From the NCBI GenBank assembly GCA_034431195.1, contig DAOUDP010000017.1, forward strand, positions 195,051-259,050: a DNA stretch of 64,000 nucleotides, given 5' to 3'. The notes beneath the pieces were generated by a model, which was given only the letters and a program-made list of their open reading frames with translations, did no database searches and was not told where the DNA came from. Each line of letters starts with the position of its first letter. The stretch's first letter is position 1. The translations under genes and the position numbers were made by a program. Of this stretch, positions 58,378 through 64,000 are shown in pieces. Source of the DNA: Dehalococcoidia bacterium (GTDB lineage: Bacteria > Chloroflexota > Dehalococcoidia > GIF9 > AB-539-J10).

Positions 58378-59766
58378 TTGGGTGATCTGTGGAAAGGAAG
58401 AAAGCCGATGCGTGAGCGATTTGCCGGTATTTTATCTAGGTGCAATGCTGACTATGCAGAGATTCGTTTTGAACAAAATCAAACCACTCAGATTAGTTAC
58501 CGAGGTGGGAAACTGAAAGAGGTGGGTGGGATCTACAGTGCCGGTAGCAATGTTAGAGCTTTGGTCAAGGGAGGTTGGGGATTTGCCTGTTTTAATTCTG
58601 TTGATAGATTAGGTAGCTATGTTGACCTGGCGATAAAGCAGGCAAAATTAACTCGCGGAGAGGAATTTGCCCTTCCTTCTACGGAGCCCGTAGTGGATAT
58701 GGTAGAGGTGCCAGTAAAGAACGACGCTGCTAGCATGCCGTTGGTGAAGAAGAAAGAACTCTTTGATGAATACAACGATATTATGCTCACTTCACCGCAG
58801 ATTCAGGATTCGAGAATTAGCTATCGAGATGTCAATCGGAAGGTTATTTTTGCTAATTCCAATGGGAGTTATATTGAGCAAAACAAGCCAGACCTTACTT
58901 TACGGTTGACAGCCATAGCACGAGGGAATGGTGAAATCCAGCAAGCGGGTCTAAGTTTGGGCAGTGTTGGTGATTTTTCTGTTATAGAGAATTTGCATGA
59001 CCAGGTAAGAGAAATAGCTAAACGTGCTGCTGCGCTTCTTCATGCTCCTCAGGTAAGGGGGGGTGAATATGCTGTCATTTTAGACCCTGTTCTGGCAGGT
59101 GTTTTTGCCCATGAGGCTTTCGGGCATTTATCTGAGGCAGATTTTGTTTACCAGAACGAGCCATTGCAGCAGGTTATGGTGCTGGGCAAAAGGTTTGGGA
59201 GCAAGCATCTTAACATCGTTGATGATGCCACCATCCCTGGCTTGAGAGGAAGCTATAAATATGATGATGAGGGGATGCCCGCCTCAAAGACTTATCTTAT
59301 TCATGAAGGTGTTCTGGTGGGAAGGCTTCATTCCAGGGAGACAGCGTTAAGAATGGGGGAAAAGCCTACCGGCAATGCTCGTGCCATCAATTATCTCTTT
59401 CCTCCGATAGTGCGGATGACCAATACCTTCATTGAGTCTGGAGGTGCATCTTTTGACGAAATGCTTGGTGAAATCAAAGAAGGTGTTTACGTTAGAGATT
59501 GGTATGGAGGGATGACCAGCTTGGAGATGTTCACCTTCTCTGCAGGCGAAGCTTACACGATTCGGAATGGAAAATTGGGAGGGTTGCTACGACCGGTGGT
59601 ATTAACAGGCAATGTTTTTGTTACCTTGAGTAACATAGATGCTGTTGGCAACGATTTAGATATGAATCAAGGTGGAGGATGTGGCAAGGGTGGGCAATTT
59701 CCACTTCCTGTTTCTAATGGTAGTCCACATATCAGGATTCGTCATTGTGTAATTGGAGGTAGATAG
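58378..59766 (+). CDS. tldD: metalloprotease TldD
   Basis: HEAFGH zinc motif, GxC...GGGxCGKGG tail typical of TldD; start possibly at ATG 58408. Confidence 0.85.
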   Translation: MGDLWKGRKPMRERFAGILSRCNADYAEIRFEQNQTTQISYRGGKLKEVGGIYSAGSNVRALVKGGWGFACFNSVDRLGSYVDLAIKQAKLTRGEEFALPSTEPVVDMVEVPVKNDAASMPLVKKKELFDEYNDIMLTSPQIQDSRISYRDVNRKVIFANSNGSYIEQNKPDLTLRLTAIARGNGEIQQAGLSLGSVGDFSVIENLHDQVREIAKRAAALLHAPQVRGGEYAVILDPVLAGVFAHEAFGHLSEADFVYQNEPLQQVMVLGKRFGSKHLNIVDDATIPGLRGSYKYDDEGMPASKTYLIHEGVLVGRLHSRETALRMGEKPTGNARAINYLFPPIVRMTNTFIESGGASFDEMLGEIKEGVYVRDWYGGMTSLEMFTFSAGEAYTIRNGKLGGLLRPVVLTGNVFVTLSNIDAVGNDLDMNQGGGCGKGGQFPLPVSNGSPHIRIRHCVIGGR

Positions 59767-59796
59767 ATATAAACTCCAAATTCGAAATCCTAAAGT

Positions 59797-61122
59797 TTGG
59801 AATTTAAGATGGACGATCTTTTGAGGATTCTTGACTTTGTTCAGAAGAGGGCTGAGCAGGCAGAAGTGTTTAAAGTCTCAAGCCAGACAGTGCTGGTACA
59901 TTTTGAAGCTAATCGATTGAAGGGAATTCAGTCTAGAGAAAGCACCAGCGTTGCCCTGCGAATTTTCAAGAAGGGTAAGGTTGGTTTCGCCGTTGGTAGT
60001 GGTGTGAATGATGTGGATACCTTAGTTGCCATGGCGGTGGAAACAGCGCCTTTTGGGCCTTCAGCTAACTTCGAATTCCCTTCATTAAGTGATTATCCTG
60101 ATGTGGCTGTTTTTGACTCAGAAGTGCCCAAAATAACCATGGAACAGATGGCTGAGCTTGGCAGTCAACTCATCGCGAAGGTCAAGGAACATACTCCTGA
60201 GCTTCTCTGCGATGTCGAGGTGACAAAGGGAGTAAGCTCAGTTCACCTGGTTAATTCTCGGGGTGGTGAAGCGAGATGGGATAGGAGCCTCTTCGCCATT
60301 AACCTGGAAGGTGTGCTTACGAAAGGCACTGATATGCTTTTTGTCGGGGATAGCGAAGGTTCATGTCGTTTTCTTACCGACGTTGATATTCTGGCAAACA
60401 GGCTAATTAGGCAGCTGGAGCTGGCTAAAAGAAAGGCTGCTATATCTACTAAACAACTACCAATTATCTTCACTCCTTGGGGAGTAGCCAGTGCTTTGCT
60501 ACCCCCGCTGGTATTTGCTTTTAGCGGTAAGGCAGCCCTTGAAGGGATTTCGTGGTTGAAGGACAAGTTAGGAGAGCGTGTTTTTGATACCAAGCTCACC
60601 ATTTGGGATGATGCTACTTTGCCTTACTGTCTCGGAAGTTGTCCTTGTGATGGCGAAGCTGTACCTAGCCAGCGAATACCTCTGGTTACAAAAGGGGAAG
60701 TGACGAATTTTCTCTATGATTTGCAAACAGCAGCTTTAGCTGGTAAAAAGAGCACTGGTAGTGGCAGGCGGTTAGGGGATAGGCCTCCTGTTCCGAACAC
60801 AAGCTCAGTGGTAATAGATGAAGGTAAGGAGCGGTTTGAAGACATGGTGAAGGACATGAAAGAGGGGTTGATTGTGGAGCGGCTTATAGGTGCGGAACAG
60901 GGCAATTTGCTTAATGGTGACTTTAGTGGTAATGTCCTGTTAGGCTATAAAGTAGCTAATGGTAACATAGTGGGGCGAGTAAAAGATACCATGGTTTCGG
61001 GGAATGTTTACCAGGTGTTAAAAGAAATCATTGGTGTTGGAAATGAGGCAAGGTGGGTTGACGGAGTTTTTCTCGTTCCTCACTTATATTGTCCCCTATT
61101 ATCCGTAGCGACGAAAACATGA
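59797..61122 (+). CDS. pmbA: TldE/PmbA family protein
   Basis: Paralogous TldD/PmbA fold without HExxxH, immediately after tldD. Confidence 0.8.
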   Translation: MEFKMDDLLRILDFVQKRAEQAEVFKVSSQTVLVHFEANRLKGIQSRESTSVALRIFKKGKVGFAVGSGVNDVDTLVAMAVETAPFGPSANFEFPSLSDYPDVAVFDSEVPKITMEQMAELGSQLIAKVKEHTPELLCDVEVTKGVSSVHLVNSRGGEARWDRSLFAINLEGVLTKGTDMLFVGDSEGSCRFLTDVDILANRLIRQLELAKRKAAISTKQLPIIFTPWGVASALLPPLVFAFSGKAALEGISWLKDKLGERVFDTKLTIWDDATLPYCLGSCPCDGEAVPSQRIPLVTKGEVTNFLYDLQTAALAGKKSTGSGRRLGDRPPVPNTSSVVIDEGKERFEDMVKDMKEGLIVERLIGAEQGNLLNGDFSGNVLLGYKVANGNIVGRVKDTMVSGNVYQVLKEIIGVGNEARWVDGVFLVPHLYCPLLSVATKT

Positions 61123-61907
61123 AGGATATATTAAAGCTTTCTAAGGAACCCCATGCCAAAAGTTGCTTCATGCTTGCTTCATGGCCTGGCATAGGCAATG
61201 TCTCGTTAATAGTGGCTCAATATTTAAAGGACAGGCTGAATGCTGAGAAAATAGGGGAAATAGACCCGGTTAACTTTTTTGAGCCTGTTGGTGTTGCGGT
61301 TGAGGACAATGTAATTGAGGAGCCACGTTTTCCTGAAAGTAATTTTTATTACTGGCAGGATGGTAAAGCTGAGAAAGGGCTGATAATATTCATTGGCGAA
61401 GAGCAACCCAGTTCCAAAGGGTATGAGTTATTATCTCATGTTCTAGATGTTGCCCAGAAATTCAAAGCAAAAAGGGTGTATAGCTGTGCTGCTGCACTAA
61501 CTCGGATTCACCCCAGTGAGGATTCGAAGGTCTGGGCGGCAGCTACAAAGCCCGAGCTAATTGAAGAGTTGCAGAAATACGACGTTGTTCTTAGGGGTAA
61601 CCTTCGCATTGCTGGATTAAACGGTTTATTTTTAGGAATGGCTAAGGAGCGTGATATTGAAGGTATCTGTTTATTAGGGGAGGTGCCGAGATACGCCATT
61701 CAGATACCAAATCCTGGGGCATCTTATGCCGTGCTCAAAGTTCTAACCAGGATGTTGGAGATTGATATTGAGTTGACTGAGCTTAGCGATATGGCTAAGG
61801 AATCAAAGGAGGAGATGGGGGAAATAATCAAGCTGGCTACTGCTGAATTTATTGACCACTTCACCGAGCCTATTTGGGAACAGGATGAAAGTGAAGAGGA
61901 GGAATGA
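61119..61907 (+). CDS. PAC2 (proteasome assembly chaperone 2)-family-like protein; start ATG overlaps pmbA stop (ATGA)
   Basis: Weak family resemblance only: ASWPGIGNVSLIVAQYL with acidic C-terminal tail. Confidence 0.5.
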   Translation: MKDILKLSKEPHAKSCFMLASWPGIGNVSLIVAQYLKDRLNAEKIGEIDPVNFFEPVGVAVEDNVIEEPRFPESNFYYWQDGKAEKGLIIFIGEEQPSSKGYELLSHVLDVAQKFKAKRVYSCAAALTRIHPSEDSKVWAAATKPELIEELQKYDVVLRGNLRIAGLNGLFLGMAKERDIEGICLLGEVPRYAIQIPNPGASYAVLKVLTRMLEIDIELTELSDMAKESKEEMGEIIKLATAEFIDHFTEPIWEQDESEEEE

Positions 61908-61923
61908 GTTTTTCGCTTTTTAG

Positions 61924-62517
61924 ATGTCAGCTTTGACGGAACTTTATAGACAGATTGCCAATTGCCGAGGTTGTGAATTGGCTAATTATCGCACTAAAGT
62001 AGTGCCTGGCGAAGGCCCCGAGGATGCTGATTTGCTGTTTATTGGCGAGTCACCTGGCTGGAATGAAGATCAGCAGGGGCGCCCTTTTGTAGGAGCAGCA
62101 GGGGAATTCTTGGACCAGCTGTTAGCCTCCATTGGATTGAGCCGGGAGCAGGTTTACATTGCCAATGTGATCAAATGTCGTCCCCCGCAAAATCGTGATC
62201 CTTTACCTGCCGAAATACGAGCTTGCTCCAAATGGCTTGACCGTCAGGTGGAAATAATCCAGCCCAAGATAATTGTCACTCTGGGGCGTTATTCTCTGGC
62301 CAAGTATTTTTCTGGGGAAGGCATAAGCAAAATTCATGGAAAACCGCGGAAATGTGATAATGTCGTTTACTATCCTATGTATCATCCCGCTGCTGCTCTT
62401 CACCAAGGAAGTCTACGTAAAATCATCCAGGAGGACATGCTCCGAATTCCTCAAATACTAGCTCAATATGAAAAGATGCCTGAAGAAGTCAATGCTCGGC
62501 AGCTAGAATTATTCTGA
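61924..62517 (+). CDS. uracil-DNA glycosylase, family 4
   Basis: GEGPEDADLLFIGESPG motif, Fe-S cysteines (CxxC ... C ... C), HPAAALH. Confidence 0.85.
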   Translation: MSALTELYRQIANCRGCELANYRTKVVPGEGPEDADLLFIGESPGWNEDQQGRPFVGAAGEFLDQLLASIGLSREQVYIANVIKCRPPQNRDPLPAEIRACSKWLDRQVEIIQPKIIVTLGRYSLAKYFSGEGISKIHGKPRKCDNVVYYPMYHPAAALHQGSLRKIIQEDMLRIPQILAQYEKMPEEVNARQLELF

Positions 62518-62527
62518 GGTTGAAATA

Positions 62528-64000
62528 ATGGTGCAGGAGAAACTAAGCATAATTCCATTTGGGGGGCTGGGAGAGATTGGCAAGAACATGATAGCTTTGG
62601 CATGTGGCAGCGACATTATCGTCATTGATGCCGGGCTTATGTTTCCTAATGAAGAAATGTTTGGAGTCGATTTTCTTATCCCTGATATTAGCTATCTTTT
62701 GGAGAAGAAAGAAAATATAAAGGGGATGATTATTACTCACGGGCATGAAGACCATATTGGCGCTTTGCCTTATATCTTACCTCAACTTGATTGTCCTGTT
62801 TACACCGCTGAGTTTACCGGGGAATTGCTCTCTAGCGGGTTCAAGCAACGAAGGATGAAGGATAAATCAAAGCTAAATATAGTTTCCCATGGGGATAAAA
62901 TCAGGCTTGGTAGCTTTACCGTGGAGTTTTTCCCGGTGTGTCATAGTATTCCTGATACTACGGGGTTAATCATTGATACCCCTTTAGGCATCATAGTCCA
63001 CAGTGGTGATTTCAAGATTGATTACACACCGATAATTGACAAGCCAACTGACCTTAGTCGGCTGGCGCAATTAGGAGGGAAGGGTGTTTTACTTCTTCTC
63101 TCCGACTCTACTTATGTTGAGCTTTCTGGATATACTCCTTCTGAAAAGGTGGTCAGCGATGTTTTAGGTAATATCATTGCTGGGGCTTCAGGAAGGGTAA
63201 TTATAACCACTTTTGCTTCCCTTATTTCTCGCATACAGCAGGTAATCGACGCTGCTGCTAAACACAATCGCCGTGTGTTTATCACCGGACGAAGTATGAA
63301 GGAGATAGCGCGAGTAGCTCTGGAGTCAGGTTATCTCGTTGCGCCTCCGGGCATTTTCTGCCAGAGTGATGAGCTCAGATATTTGGCGCACAATCAAATT
63401 GTGATATTAGCTACCGGGAGTCAAGGTGAACCTACCTCTGCTTTAGTGAGGATAGCTAATGGAAACCATGACCAGGTGCAGATTGTCCCTGGTGACACTG
63501 TGGTGATATCAGCAACACCTATTCCTGGCAATGAAGCGTTGATTAATAAAACCATCGACAGCCTTTTTCGGCAAGGTGCTTACGTGGTTTATGATAAATT
63601 AGCTCAAATTCATGTCCATGGCCATGGCAGTCGAGAAGAGTTGAAGTTGTTACTTACCCTGGTTAAGCCTAAGTTCTTCATCCCTATTCATGGCGAATAT
63701 CGCCATTTAAGCTTGCATGCTAAGCTAGCTGAAACTCTGGGCATGGCTAAGGATAATGCCTTTGTCCTTCAAGACGGAGATATACTTGAATTAGGGAAGG
63801 AGAAGGGGAAGGTTGTGGGTAAGATTGCGATGGAGGACATTTACGTGGTTGGTTCAAAGACATATGCCCTGGATAGCGCTGTGTTTCGTGACCGAAAGCA
63901 GCTTTCTCAAGATGGAATTGTAGTGGTAGTGACTGTCATTGATGTTAAAGGTGGCAAACTAGCAAGGAAGCCTGAAATTCTAAGCCGGGGGTTTGTTGAT
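62528..64000 (+). CDS. rnj: ribonuclease J (beta-CASP MBL RNase); 3' end outside window
   Basis: LSIIPFGGLGEIGKNM N-terminus, HGHEDHIG motif, beta-CASP region; ORF open to end of window. Confidence 0.9.
   Translation, partial: MVQEKLSIIPFGGLGEIGKNMIALACGSDIIVIDAGLMFPNEEMFGVDFLIPDISYLLEKKENIKGMIITHGHEDHIGALPYILPQLDCPVYTAEFTGELLSSGFKQRRMKDKSKLNIVSHGDKIRLGSFTVEFFPVCHSIPDTTGLIIDTPLGIIVHSGDFKIDYTPIIDKPTDLSRLAQLGGKGVLLLLSDSTYVELSGYTPSEKVVSDVLGNIIAGASGRVIITTFASLISRIQQVIDAAAKHNRRVFITGRSMKEIARVALESGYLVAPPGIFCQSDELRYLAHNQIVILATGSQGEPTSALVRIANGNHDQVQIVPGDTVVISATPIPGNEALINKTIDSLFRQGAYVVYDKLAQIHVHGHGSREELKLLLTLVKPKFFIPIHGEYRHLSLHAKLAETLGMAKDNAFVLQDGDILELGKEKGKVVGKIAMEDIYVVGSKTYALDSAVFRDRKQLSQDGIVVVVTVIDVKGGKLARKPEILSRGFVD

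Overview
This 64-kb window is chromosomal, about 50% GC, and carries mostly housekeeping genes in a region that also holds dnaA, nadD, gyrB, hisS, relA-rpsT-lexA and dinB. The remaining genes cover purine, NAD-salvage, leucine, folate and thiamine metabolism plus TldD/PmbA, PAC2, a family-4 UDG and RNase J. Gene content (PAC2, translin-like protein, DUF763, DUF169, 4-hydroxybutyryl-CoA dehydratase, TATAAT-adjacent start codons) suggests a Chloroflexota-like bacterium; this is inference, not a database result. Three things stand out. First, a gene pair at 9.4-11.9 kb encodes an HhH-containing DUF763-like protein followed by an internally duplicated RecB/Cas4-like PD-(D/E)XK nuclease with two 4-Cys clusters. 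It is followed by MBL-fold and EEP-family hydrolases and is my best candidate for an uncharacterised DNA-processing module. Second, a dispersed hairpin repeat family (core GTCATTGCGAGC / GCTCGCAATGAC) occurs as two ~240-345 bp MITE-like copies, several short intergenic copies, and two in-frame insertions inside tatD and thiE. Third, a minus-strand cluster at 27.5-34.8 kb encodes acyl-CoA ligase, an MFS transporter, two DUF169 proteins, AbfD-like 4-hydroxybutyryl-CoA dehydratase and a C_GCAxxG_C_C protein. It sits next to an ORF-free 530-bp AT-rich region carrying a tRNA T-arm-like remnant, and 36-bp direct repeats bracket the MFS gene. Further observations are a PncA-PncB fusion beside Sir2, a folP-folK-PTPS locus lacking folB, a zinc-ribbon island with an orphan AmmeMemoRadiSam-like radical SAM enzyme, and a split hotdog hydratase pair. 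No rRNA gene, intact tRNA gene, CRISPR array, integrase or transposase was recognised.
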